DNA from: Acidimicrobiia bacterium
Lineage (GTDB): Bacteria > Actinomycetota > Acidimicrobiia > IMCC26256 > PALSA-555
Assembly: GCA_046484625.1 (NCBI GenBank)
Contig: JAWOIO010000240.1
Span: 1-55,681 of the forward strand
Length of the DNA stretch: 55,681 bases
Direction of reading: 5' to 3'
Numbering within the stretch: the stretch's first letter is position 1; the number at the start of each line of letters is the position of its first letter. Below the pieces are notes generated by a model. It ran no database searches. It was not told where the DNA came from and saw only the letters and a program-made list of their open reading frames with translations. Shown here one piece after another: positions 29,961-40,986 of the stretch. Both the position numbers and the translations under genes were made by a program.

Positions 29961-30511
29961 GCGAGATCGAGTTCTTCGACACCGAGTCGGTCGCGACCGG
30001 GGCGGTCGGTGAGCCGGGTGCGCGTGCGTTCTACCTCCAGGCCCGCAACGCCGACGCCCAGCTCACGGTCCTCGTCGAGAAGGAGCAGATCGCGTTGCTG
30101 GCGAAGGAGGCGGGTGCGTTCCTCGATCGACTCGCCGAGGAGTTCCCGGAGGACGCCAGCCCGGTCCCACTCGAGCGCGCCGGGCTGCGCGAGCCCACCG
30201 TGCCGCTGTTCCGGGCCCGGCTGATCGGGTTGGGGTTCGATCCCGACCGTGGCCTCGTGTTGATCGAGCTGCGCGAGCATGCGAGCTCCGACCTCGACGA
30301 AGGCGACGACGGGAGCGTGGCCGAACCGGATCCCGACCCGGATCCCGACGAGATGGACGCCGGGTACGTCGCGCGGATCTACGCGACGCGCCCGCAGGTC
30401 CGGGCGCTGATCGAGCTCGGCGACCGGGTCGTGGCGGCCGGGCGCCCGCCGTGCCCGCTGTGCGGGATGCCGATGGATCCGGCCGGGCACCGGTGCCCCC
30501 GCTGGAACTGA
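29957..30511 (+). CDS. DUF3090 family protein
   Basis: Motifs GAVGEPGARAFYLQA, VEKEQI, FR...IGLGFD and C-terminal VVAAGRPPCPLCGMPMDPAGHRCPRWN. Confidence 0.85.
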   Translation: MSEIEFFDTESVATGAVGEPGARAFYLQARNADAQLTVLVEKEQIALLAKEAGAFLDRLAEEFPEDASPVPLERAGLREPTVPLFRARLIGLGFDPDRGLVLIELREHASSDLDEGDDGSVAEPDPDPDPDEMDAGYVARIYATRPQVRALIELGDRVVAAGRPPCPLCGMPMDPAGHRCPRWN

Positions 30512-31227
30512 CCCCCGCCGACGTCGCCCGCGTCCTGGAGGTCGGCGACCTCGAGATCGCGGGACGGATGCGCTACTCGTCGAACGCGACGTTCCTGGTC
30601 GAGGCGACCCTCGACGGCGTCACCGTCCCGGCGGTCTACAAACCCCAGCGCGGTGAGCGGCCCCTGTGGGACTTCCCCGACGGGACCCTCTGTCGCCGCG
30701 AGGTCGCCGCGTACGAGCTGTCGGTCGGGCTCGGCTGGGGGATCGTTCCCATCACGGTGCTGCGCCCAGAGGGGGTCCTCGGCGAAGGGGCGGTGCAGCA
30801 GTTCGTGGACCACGATCCCGCGGAGCAGTACTTCACGCTCCTCGAGGGACGCGAGGTCGAGTTCCAACGGTTCGCGGCGTTCGACGTCCTGGCCAACAAC
30901 ACCGATCGCAAGGGTGGGCACTGCCTGCGCGACCGTGAGACGGGCGCGATCGTGGGCATCGACCACGGCCTGACGTTCCATCCGATGTGGAAGCTCCGCA
31001 CCGTGATCTGGGACTTCGCGGGCACGCCGATCCCGAAGGCGGTCGTCGAGGACGTACGCCGTGCCCGCGCCGAGCTCGACGGTGGTCCGCTCGGTCGTCG
31101 TCTCGCCGAGCTGCTCGATCCGCACGAGATCGAGGCGGTGGCGACACGGGCCGATGCGCTCGTGGGGACCGAGCGGTTCCCCGAACCCGATGCCGGGTAC
31201 CACTCGGTGCCGTGGCCGCTGGTGTGA
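30493..31227 (+). CDS. SCO1664 family protein (PI3/PI4-kinase-like fold)
   Basis: Motifs SSNATFLV, AVYKPQRGERPLWDFPDGTLCRREVAAY, FDVLANNTDRKGGH, GIDHGLTF, KLRTVIW and terminal VPWP. The exact start is uncertain. Confidence 0.85.
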   Translation: MPPLELTPADVARVLEVGDLEIAGRMRYSSNATFLVEATLDGVTVPAVYKPQRGERPLWDFPDGTLCRREVAAYELSVGLGWGIVPITVLRPEGVLGEGAVQQFVDHDPAEQYFTLLEGREVEFQRFAAFDVLANNTDRKGGHCLRDRETGAIVGIDHGLTFHPMWKLRTVIWDFAGTPIPKAVVEDVRRARAELDGGPLGRRLAELLDPHEIEAVATRADALVGTERFPEPDAGYHSVPWPLV

Positions 31228-31231
31228 CCCG

Positions 31232-32728
31232 TCAGCCTGAGGTTCGCTCGTAGAGGTCGATGCCGTCGATCGAGGACACGAACCGGTAGTTGGACTGGAG
31301 CATCGCCTCCAACCTCGGGAACCGGTCGATCGGCGTGTACTGGGCGCCGCGGATCTGCGCCGGGGCGGTGTCGACGATGTAGCGGGGGAGCGGGTGCTCC
31401 GCGAGGTCCTCGAAGAACCAGTCCCAGGCGACCGGGCTCGACTCCTCGGGTGCCGCGTCCTCGGCCGGACGTCCCGGCTGCGCGCCACCGAGGAAGCCGG
31501 CCGTGGTGACGAAGCGCGTCGCCGGCCGCGTCCCCGATGCCCAGTAGATCTCCGGGACGCTGCCCCACACCAGCACGCGGTCGTGCGGCTGGGTGTGTGC
31601 GACGAGGTACTTGCTCACACTCCGGTACCGGAGCCCGGCGTCGAACGGCCGCATGAAGTATCCGGCAGCGGAGAACCCGACCGCGAACGCGGCTGCGACC
31701 GCGACCGTCGCCCGCGCGGCGCGGGGTGTACCGCGACTGAGCGCACCCGCGCTCAGCAGCACGAGCGGCGGGATGAGCTGGAGGTAGTAGTGACCGAAGA
31801 ACCGGAGCCCGACCATCACCGAGAGCACCGCCGAGACGAGCCAGAGCCAGAGGTCGAGATCGTGGGCGCCGTCGCGTGCCAACGTGTACCGGTCGCGCCA
31901 CGCGGTCGGCAGCTTCCAGACGATCGGGAGGTTGCACGCGACCCAGGCGACTGACATCACCGCGAACATGCCGAGGACGAACGTCGACGCGGTCTCGACG
32001 CTGACGTACGAGCCGTTGCCGAGCACGGTCCAGTACAAGAGCTGGCCGGGCCCGAACGCGAACGCGACGAGCGCGATCGGGACTCCGAAGCCACCGAGCG
32101 CGTCGGCGACGCCGCGCCGTCCCTTCGCCCGCCACGCGAGGTACAGGACGGGCAGCAGCGTCGCCGCACCGGTCTGCTTCGCGAGCGCCGCGACCGCGAC
32201 CGCCGCGCCGGCCGAGACACCTCGGCCCCGACGCGCGAGCAGCACGGACGCGGTCATCGCCGGGAGCATGAAGATCTCGAAGTTGGCCGCCTGACCGTCC
32301 TGCGGCGCGAACGCGACGAGTGCGAAGACGCACAGGAGCCCGGCAGCCCACGCGGCGCGCCGTCCGTACCGGCGGCGGGCCTCGACCGCGACCAGCCAGG
32401 CCGTGAGCGCGGCCGCGAGCATCGCCAGGACGCGCACGGACCAGAGGTCGCTCGTACCGAACAGCTCGAACGCCCCTGCATAGAGGTAGGGGACGAGCGG
32501 CGGCTTGCGGTCCGCAGCCTCCTCGTACAGGTTCCCGCCGTCGCGGATGACTTCCGCCTGGGTCGCGAGGAAGGTCTCGTCGGAGTTGAAGACGTCGACG
32601 AAGAAAGCGGGCAGGCGCAGGGCCCCCACGAGGACCAGCACGACGAGGGCGAGGCGCGCCAGGTCCGAGCGACGGCGGGTGTCGACGGGCTGCGGTGGCG
32701 CCGGGTCGGCGCGTGTGATGGTGGTCAT
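31232..32728 (-). CDS. GT-C membrane glycosyltransferase (ArnT/GT83 or PMT/GT39-like)
   Basis: Multi-TM protein with N-terminal loop NSDETF...LY....DRKPPL..YLY and motifs ANFEIFMLP, LAKQ, FFGHYYLQ. It ends in an extracellular domain (VLVWG..PEIY). Confidence 0.8.
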   Translation of the reverse strand: MTTITRADPAPPQPVDTRRRSDLARLALVVLVLVGALRLPAFFVDVFNSDETFLATQAEVIRDGGNLYEEAADRKPPLVPYLYAGAFELFGTSDLWSVRVLAMLAAALTAWLVAVEARRRYGRRAAWAAGLLCVFALVAFAPQDGQAANFEIFMLPAMTASVLLARRGRGVSAGAAVAVAALAKQTGAATLLPVLYLAWRAKGRRGVADALGGFGVPIALVAFAFGPGQLLYWTVLGNGSYVSVETASTFVLGMFAVMSVAWVACNLPIVWKLPTAWRDRYTLARDGAHDLDLWLWLVSAVLSVMVGLRFFGHYYLQLIPPLVLLSAGALSRGTPRAARATVAVAAAFAVGFSAAGYFMRPFDAGLRYRSVSKYLVAHTQPHDRVLVWGSVPEIYWASGTRPATRFVTTAGFLGGAQPGRPAEDAAPEESSPVAWDWFFEDLAEHPLPRYIVDTAPAQIRGAQYTPIDRFPRLEAMLQSNYRFVSSIDGIDLYERTSG

Positions 32729-32857
32729 GGGTGTGGATCGCCGGAACGCCGGAACGCTGGATCACTGGAACGGGGTCGGGTCTCCATTGTGGCCCGTGCC
32801 GGTGGTCGATGAGGCCTCAGAACCGGTCCGGTGCCGCCGGCGGTGATCCTCCCGGGC

Positions 32858-34501
32858 TCAGACCTGCTGGAGCGCCGCGTCACTGTGCTGCGCCTTGCAC
32901 AGCGACCGTTGGAGCTTGCCCGAGGAGGTCTTCGGCAATGAGCCCGCCTCCACGAGGACGACCTCGAGCGGGGGGATCCCGACCGCGTCGCAGACCCGGT
33001 CGATGATCTCGTCGCGCAGCACCTTCTGGTCGGTGCTCCGGGTCTCGGCGACGACGGTGATGCCTTCCTTGCCCCGTCGTCCCGCGGTCCCGAAGGCGAT
33101 GACGTTGCCCACCCGGACGCCGTCGACGGAGGCCGCAGCCCGCTCGATCTCCTCGGGGAACACGTTCCGGCCGCCCACGATGATCACGTCCTTGATCCGC
33201 CCGCAGACCACGACCTCGTCGTCGACGAGGTAGCCGAGGTCGCCGGTGCGCAGCCAGCCGTCGTGGAACGTCGCGGTGGTCACGTCGGGGCGGCCGTAGT
33301 AGCCCGGCGTCACCGAGGAGCCCCGCAGTTCCAGCTCCCCGACCTCGCGGTCGGCGCGCGGGGCTCCGGTCGCGGGGTCGCAGACCCGGAGGTCGAGGCC
33401 GCGCAGCGTCCGACCGAGGAACGGGAGGCGCCGGACCCGGTCACCGGTCGCGGGTGTCGCGACGCGGTCGTGCTCGAGCACGTCCGGGTCGACCGGATCC
33501 ACCGTCATCCCGGTGCCCGGCTCCGGGAAGGAGATCGCGAGCGTTGCCTCGGCCATCCCGTAGACGCAGAAGGCAGCCTTCGCGTCGAGACCGTGTGCGG
33601 CACCGGCGTCGAGGAACGACTCGACGGCGAGCGGGTCGATGGGCTCGGCACCGTTGAGGGCCATGCGCCACGTGGAGAGGTCGAGATCGTCGAGTCGGCG
33701 AAGCGCGCGCGCGGCGAGGGCGTACGCGAAGTTCGGGCCGCCCGTGATCGTGGCGTGCTCGTCGGAGAGCCACTGCATCCAGTCGCCCGGTGCGGCGAGG
33801 AAGTCCTGCGGCGCGGCGATCCCGAGGTCGAAGCCGGTCAGCATCGGCGTCATCAGTAGGCCGATGAGACCCATGTCGTGGTAGAGCGGGAGCCACGACA
33901 CCCCGACGTCGCCCTCACCGAGCGCGGCGCCCTCGACGATCGCGTCGATGTTGTCGACCACGCAGCGATGCGGGAGCATCACGCCCTTCGGATCCGACGT
34001 GGATCCGCTCGTGAACTGGATGATGGCGAGACGGTCGGGATCGTCGGTCGGGCGCTCCCACGCGGACCCCGACCCGCCGATCGAGTCGAGACGGACGATC
34101 GGTGGGCCGTCGACCGACACGAACTCCTCGAGCGCCGGGTCGACGACGACGAGCGAAGCGTCGGCGTTGGCGATGCGCCGCCGGGTCTGCCCGACGAACT
34201 CCTCGATCGACCCCAGGCGCATCGGCAGCGGCAGCGTGACCAGGGTGCCGCCCGCGAGCCAGACCGCCTGGATCGCGGTCACCAGCGGACGGGAGGTCGG
34301 GCCGATGAGGGCGACGTTCACCCCCGGTCCGACGCCGCGGGCCTGGAGGCCGGCCGCCATGGCGACGGCGTCCTCGTGGAGCGCGGCCCAGGGGACCCGC
34401 TCGGTGGGTGCCGCCGCGCCGCCGGTGCGAGCGGAGGCGAGGAAGGTGATGGCGCCCGATCGCTGGGTGGCAGCCTCGATGCGCGAGACGACAGAGGTCA
34501 C
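32858..34501 (-). CDS. Fatty acyl-AMP ligase (FAAL)
   Basis: Motifs IIQFTSGSTSDPKGV, SWLPLYHDMGLIG, GPNFAY, NGAEPI, YGMAEATL, GWLRTGDLG, CGRIKDVIIVGGRNVFPEEIE, LPKTSSGKLQR. Start inferred at GTG 34501. Confidence 0.88.
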   Translation of the reverse strand: MTSVVSRIEAATQRSGAITFLASARTGGAAAPTERVPWAALHEDAVAMAAGLQARGVGPGVNVALIGPTSRPLVTAIQAVWLAGGTLVTLPLPMRLGSIEEFVGQTRRRIANADASLVVVDPALEEFVSVDGPPIVRLDSIGGSGSAWERPTDDPDRLAIIQFTSGSTSDPKGVMLPHRCVVDNIDAIVEGAALGEGDVGVSWLPLYHDMGLIGLLMTPMLTGFDLGIAAPQDFLAAPGDWMQWLSDEHATITGGPNFAYALAARALRRLDDLDLSTWRMALNGAEPIDPLAVESFLDAGAAHGLDAKAAFCVYGMAEATLAISFPEPGTGMTVDPVDPDVLEHDRVATPATGDRVRRLPFLGRTLRGLDLRVCDPATGAPRADREVGELELRGSSVTPGYYGRPDVTTATFHDGWLRTGDLGYLVDDEVVVCGRIKDVIIVGGRNVFPEEIERAAASVDGVRVGNVIAFGTAGRRGKEGITVVAETRSTDQKVLRDEIIDRVCDAVGIPPLEVVLVEAGSLPKTSSGKLQRSLCKAQHSDAALQQV

Positions 34502-34599
34502 GAGTGCTCGGACTCGGGCTCGGCGTCGATCGTTACCTCGGTCCGGGTGCCCCGTGCTCGGGTCCCCATGCGTCCCCCTCGCGTTCGCCCACCGACCTG

Positions 34600-34623
34600 A
34601 CCTCGGGCGGCACCTCGGGCGGC
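34600..34623. repeat. 12-bp tandem direct repeat upstream of the FAAL gene
   Basis: ACCTCGGGCGGC twice. Confidence 0.7.
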
Positions 34624-34646
34624 CCCACGGGGCCGCACCGGCCGGG

Positions 34647-34994
34647 TCAGGCTCGCGCGGACCCCCCGTCGGGCGCCAGCGCCGCCGCCGGATCGGCGAA
34701 GAACCGGGACCGGGGAAGGACGCGGTCGGCTCCCGCCGCCGTGGCCTCGGCGAGCAGCGGGGCGTCGACATGGGGGCCGAACGCCACGATGAGGCTCGCC
34801 GGGGCGAGGTCCCGCAGAGCCCCGATCTCGTCGCCGTGTCGGGCCAGGTCGACGATCACGACGTCAGGAGTGCGGCCGGCGGCCTCGTCGGCGCTCCTCA
34901 CCCACGTGACGTCGCCGAGCGCACCGAGGCGGGAGCGGTCCATCACGTCGTCGACGAGGCCCACCACGACCCGGCGGGGCTCGTGCCCGCTCAC
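34647..34994 (-). CDS. Small degenerate receiver-domain-like protein
   Basis: VVGLVDD.MDRSRL...PDVVIVDL...IVAFGPHVD...A..AGAD.VLPRSRFF has CheY-like topology but lacks the conserved Lys. GTGA overlap with the mrpG stop. Confidence 0.7.
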   Translation of the reverse strand: MSGHEPRRVVVGLVDDVMDRSRLGALGDVTWVRSADEAAGRTPDVVIVDLARHGDEIGALRDLAPASLIVAFGPHVDAPLLAEATAAGADRVLPRSRFFADPAAALAPDGGSARA

Positions 34995-35332
34995 TCCGGC
35001 GCCTCCGGACCCTGGGCGAGCTCGTCGACCGATGTCTCGGGACTGAGCTCGGTCCCCGCACGGTATGCGGCCCGCCCGACCATGTGCGCGCCGACCGGGG
35101 CGGTGATGAGCTGCAACGCGATCGCCAACCCGAGGGTGGCCGAGATGGACAGCTCATCCGCCGCGACGGATGCCCCCACGAGGATCAGGATGATCCCGAG
35201 CGTCGCGGGCTTGGTCGAGGCGTGCATCCGGGCGAACACGTCCGGGAACCGGTGCAGTCCCACCGAGGCCACCAACGTGAGCAGCGAACCCACGATCAGG
35301 AGCACGGCGCTGACGATCTCGAAGCCGGTCAC
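34991..35332 (-). CDS. mrpG: Na+/H+ antiporter subunit G
   Basis: Motifs SVGLHRFPDVFARMHASTKPATLG and LITAPVGAHMVGRAAY. Confidence 0.9.
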   Translation of the reverse strand: MTGFEIVSAVLLIVGSLLTLVASVGLHRFPDVFARMHASTKPATLGIILILVGASVAADELSISATLGLAIALQLITAPVGAHMVGRAAYRAGTELSPETSVDELAQGPEAPE

Positions 35333-35402
35333 GGTCGCGCCACGCCCCGGACCCCGGGGTCCTGTGCCCGCCCGGCCGAGGGATCCGGCGCGCGACGGGC
35401 GC

Positions 35403-35666
35403 TCATGCGCCTCTCCGCTCGATGTATCGCGCGACGGTGACGGTGCCGAGGAAGCCCAGCAGGGCCGCGACGACGATGAGGCCGACGAACGGGTTGGCGC
35501 CGACGCGGGCAGTGAGCACGCCCAGCCCTGCGACGACCACGATCAGGAGCGAATCGAGCGCGACGATCCGGTCGGCCAGGGACGATCCCCGGCGCAGCAG
35601 GCGGGCCACACAGAGCGCCGCCGAGAGGGAGAGAATCCCGAAGCACACGGAGGTGATGGCGTTCAT
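35403..35666 (-). CDS. mrpF: Na+/H+ antiporter subunit F
   Basis: Contains RLLRRGSSLADRIVALD...ALLGFLGTVTVARYIER. ATGA overlap with mrpE. Confidence 0.88.
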   Translation of the reverse strand: MNAITSVCFGILSLSAALCVARLLRRGSSLADRIVALDSLLIVVVAGLGVLTARVGANPFVGLIVVAALLGFLGTVTVARYIERRGA

Positions 35667-36199
35667 CGCGCCTCTCCACCGAGCGGGGGGGACGAGGCGC
35701 TGTTCGTGAGCCCCGCGATCGCCTCCGGGCTGCCGAACGCCTTGATGACCAGGACCGCGAGCTCGCCGACATCGCGTCGTACCGACTCGATGTCGCGGAG
35801 GTGGAGGACGTGGATGTAGAGCATCTCCCCGTCGCGATCCACCTCGAGCGTGAGGGTCCCCGGCGTCAGCGAGACCGAGTTCGCCACGATCATCCGGACG
35901 AGGTCGGAGGTGCCCCGTACGGGGACGGCCACGATCCCCTCGTTGATCCGGTTGCGGGGCGTGATCACCTCCCACGCGACGATGGCGCTCGCGGCGATCA
36001 GACGCCAGGCGAACACGACGACGAGGCGCGCGGTGGCGATCGGGCGGAAGCGCGGCCTGAACCCGTGCTCGATCGGGAAGACCACGAGCATCGCGGTGGC
36101 GATGAACGCACCCGCGAGCAGGTTGGCGACGTCGAACCGGCCCCAGAGCGCGGCCCACACCATGCTGAGCCAGCCGACCACGAGGAGACGTGCCGTCAC
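35663..36199 (-). CDS. mrpE: Na+/H+ antiporter subunit E
   Basis: Motifs VWAALWG....ANLL.G, ANSVSLTPGTL, LYIHVL. Confidence 0.9.
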   Translation of the reverse strand: MTARLLVVGWLSMVWAALWGRFDVANLLAGAFIATAMLVVFPIEHGFRPRFRPIATARLVVVFAWRLIAASAIVAWEVITPRNRINEGIVAVPVRGTSDLVRMIVANSVSLTPGTLTLEVDRDGEMLYIHVLHLRDIESVRRDVGELAVLVIKAFGSPEAIAGLTNSASSPPLGGEAR

Positions 36200-37683
36200 C
36201 GCTGGAGCACCTCCCGCACGTACGCGGTCGGCTCGAGGAGATCGGCGGCGGCGCGCCTGCTCAGGTCGTAGATCGGGCGCGCGCTCACCGCGATCGCGAG
36301 ACTCATCGCCACCACCACTGCGGTCGTGGCGGTCATCAGCCGGGGCGTGCGGAGCCGCGTTGCGCCGACTGGTGGCTTCGGCTCGACCTCACCCCAGAAC
36401 ACGCCCGACCAGATCTTCGTCATCGAGAACAGCGTGAGGAGACTGACGAGCAGGCTCACACCGACCACGACGAAGCGGTCGGCGGCGAACCCGGCGTCCG
36501 CGAGCGCCAGCTTGCCGACGAACCCCGAGAACGGAGGGATGCCCGCGAGGCTCAGTGCGGGGAGCAGGAAGAGCAACGCGAGCAAGGGGGATGACCGCGC
36601 GAGTCCGCTGAGGCGGTCGAGCGCTCCCGTGCCGGTCGCGTGCTCGACCAGACCTCCCGACAGGAACAACGCCGTCTTCACCACGATGTGGTGGACGATA
36701 TAGAAGATCGCGGCGGCGACCCCCGCCACGGTGAACAGGGCCAATCCGAGGACCATGTAGCCGATCTGACTCACGATGTGGAAGCTCAAGATCCGCTTGA
36801 TGTCGTTCTGCGCGATGGCGCCGAGTACGCCGACGAGCATGGTGAGGCCGGCGATCGTGAGCAACAGCGTCGACGGTCCACCGAAGTCCGGCAGGAACAC
36901 CAGCGTCTCGACCCGGATCATCGCGTACACGCCGACCTTGGTCAGCAGAGCGGCGAAGATCGCGGTGATGGGGGTCGGCGCCGTCGGATAGGAGTCGGGG
37001 AGCCAGAAGAACAAGGGGAAGATCGCCGCCTTGATGCCGAAGACGACGAGGAACAGCAGCGCGAACGCGGTCCGCAACCCCGACGGGACGGTGGAGATCT
37101 TCTCTGCGAGATCCGCGAGGTTGACGGTGCCCGTCGCGGCGTAGACGAGCCCGACCGCGATCAGGAACAGCATCGAGGCGAAGAGGCTGATCACGGCGTA
37201 GGTCATGCCGGAGCGGACCTGCTCGCGTGTCGCACCGAGGGTGATGAGCACGTAGCTCGCGGTGAGCATGACCTCGAAGGCCACGAAGAGATCGAAGAGA
37301 TCGCCGGCCAGGAACGCGAGGAAGATGCCGGTGCCGAGGATCAAGTAGACGGGATGGAAGATCGTCGATTCGGTGTCGGTCCCACGCTGGCCGATCGCGT
37401 AGACCAGGACGCACAGCAGCATGGCCGAGGAGACCACGAGCATGATCGCCGTGAACAGGTCGGCGACCAGTGTGATCCCGAACGGGGCGGGGAGGTCTCC
37501 GACCTGGGTCGCGAGGGGCCCGTGGCCGTCCACCTCCACCAGGAGCACGACGCTGCCGACGAGAGCGAGGGCGAAGGTTGTGACCGCGACGGCGCGCTGC
37601 ACGTCGCGGCGACGCCGCGCGAGCAGGGCCACGGCGGCGCCGAGCAACGGACCTGCGACCAGGAGGACCATCGTGTCCCTCAA
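36196..37683 (-). CDS. mrpD: Na+/H+ antiporter subunit D
   Basis: Motifs GDLFDLFVAFEVML, FGIKAAIFPLFFWLPDSY, LLTKVGVYA, IKRILSFHIVSQIGY, LAGIPPFSGF.GK. The start may be ATG 37671. Confidence 0.92.
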   Translation of the reverse strand: MRDTMVLLVAGPLLGAAVALLARRRRDVQRAVAVTTFALALVGSVVLLVEVDGHGPLATQVGDLPAPFGITLVADLFTAIMLVVSSAMLLCVLVYAIGQRGTDTESTIFHPVYLILGTGIFLAFLAGDLFDLFVAFEVMLTASYVLITLGATREQVRSGMTYAVISLFASMLFLIAVGLVYAATGTVNLADLAEKISTVPSGLRTAFALLFLVVFGIKAAIFPLFFWLPDSYPTAPTPITAIFAALLTKVGVYAMIRVETLVFLPDFGGPSTLLLTIAGLTMLVGVLGAIAQNDIKRILSFHIVSQIGYMVLGLALFTVAGVAAAIFYIVHHIVVKTALFLSGGLVEHATGTGALDRLSGLARSSPLLALLFLLPALSLAGIPPFSGFVGKLALADAGFAADRFVVVGVSLLVSLLTLFSMTKIWSGVFWGEVEPKPPVGATRLRTPRLMTATTAVVVAMSLAIAVSARPIYDLSRRAAADLLEPTAYVREVLQR

Positions 37684-38057
37684 GGCGAGGGCCGGTCCTT
37701 GCTGCGGCGTTGGGCGAGACGCGCGATGCGCTTGTCCTCCCGGTCGTCCTCGCCCTGATCGTCGTGGGTGAGCTGCCAGCTCCGGTAGGCGAGCGCGAGC
37801 AGGAAGGCTGTCACCCCGAAGGTGATCACGATCGCCGTGAGGATCATCGCCTGGACGAGCGGATCGGCGAAGCCCCCCTCGCCCTCGCCGATGATCGGCG
37901 AGCCACCTGCGCCTCCGCCCGCAGTGAGCAGCACGAGATTGGCGCCGTGGCTCATGAGCGCGAATCCGAAGATGACGCGGGTCAGCTGCCGTTGGAGGAC
38001 GAGATAGGTGCCGCAGCTCACGAGCACCCCTGCGCCGAGGGCGAGGATCACGGTCAT
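37680..38057 (-). CDS. mrpC: Na+/H+ antiporter subunit C
   Basis: Motifs GTYLVLQRQLTRVIFG..LMSHGANL and ADPLVQAMILTAIVITFG. Confidence 0.92.
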   Translation of the reverse strand: MTVILALGAGVLVSCGTYLVLQRQLTRVIFGFALMSHGANLVLLTAGGGAGGSPIIGEGEGGFADPLVQAMILTAIVITFGVTAFLLALAYRSWQLTHDDQGEDDREDKRIARLAQRRSKDRPSP

Positions 38058-38481
38058 TCCTCGGGCTCCTCGCCGAGGTGCTCCACGATCGTGAGCACGA
38101 CCCCGAGCACGACGAGGAACACGCCGACGTCGAAGGCGAGCGCCGACGTCGCTTTCACCGTGTCGAACACGGGGAGGTGCACGCTGAGCGTTCCCGACTC
38201 CAGGAACTCTCCACCAGCGAGCATCGACGCAAGTCCCGTCGCGACCGCCACGATCAGGCCGAGCGCGACGATGGTCTCCGGGTTCGCCGGTCCCCCGCGT
38301 TGCTGCGGGTCGAAACCCGTGGCCACGTCGTGGAGGACGAACGCAGCACCGGCGACGAGGCCGGCGACGAACCCGCCGCCCGGCGCGTTGTGTCCCGAGA
38401 AGAGGAAGAACAGCGCCACCAACAGGACCGTGTGGAAGACCGCGCGAACGCTGACGTCGAGGATGAGAGAACGAGACCCGT

Positions 38482-38485
<4 letters not shown>
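38054..38485 (-). CDS. mrpB: Na+/H+ antiporter subunit B
   Basis: Motifs SLIL....R, FSGHNAPGGGFVAGL, FDVGVFLVV.G. Confidence 0.9.
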
Positions 38486-40821
<2,336 letters not shown>

Positions 40822-40986
40822 TGCGGCTTCCCGAATGGACACTCATGTCCCGCCCTGAGCTCCTCGCGCATCGCGGGCGAGCGTACCTGGCGACTTACGC
40901 GGACCCGCCCTGGGCAGGTTCGCGGCGCTGCACCCGGGAAGGGCGTGCGCTGCCGGTATCGTGTCGGGGAGAGAGAGGATGCCGAC

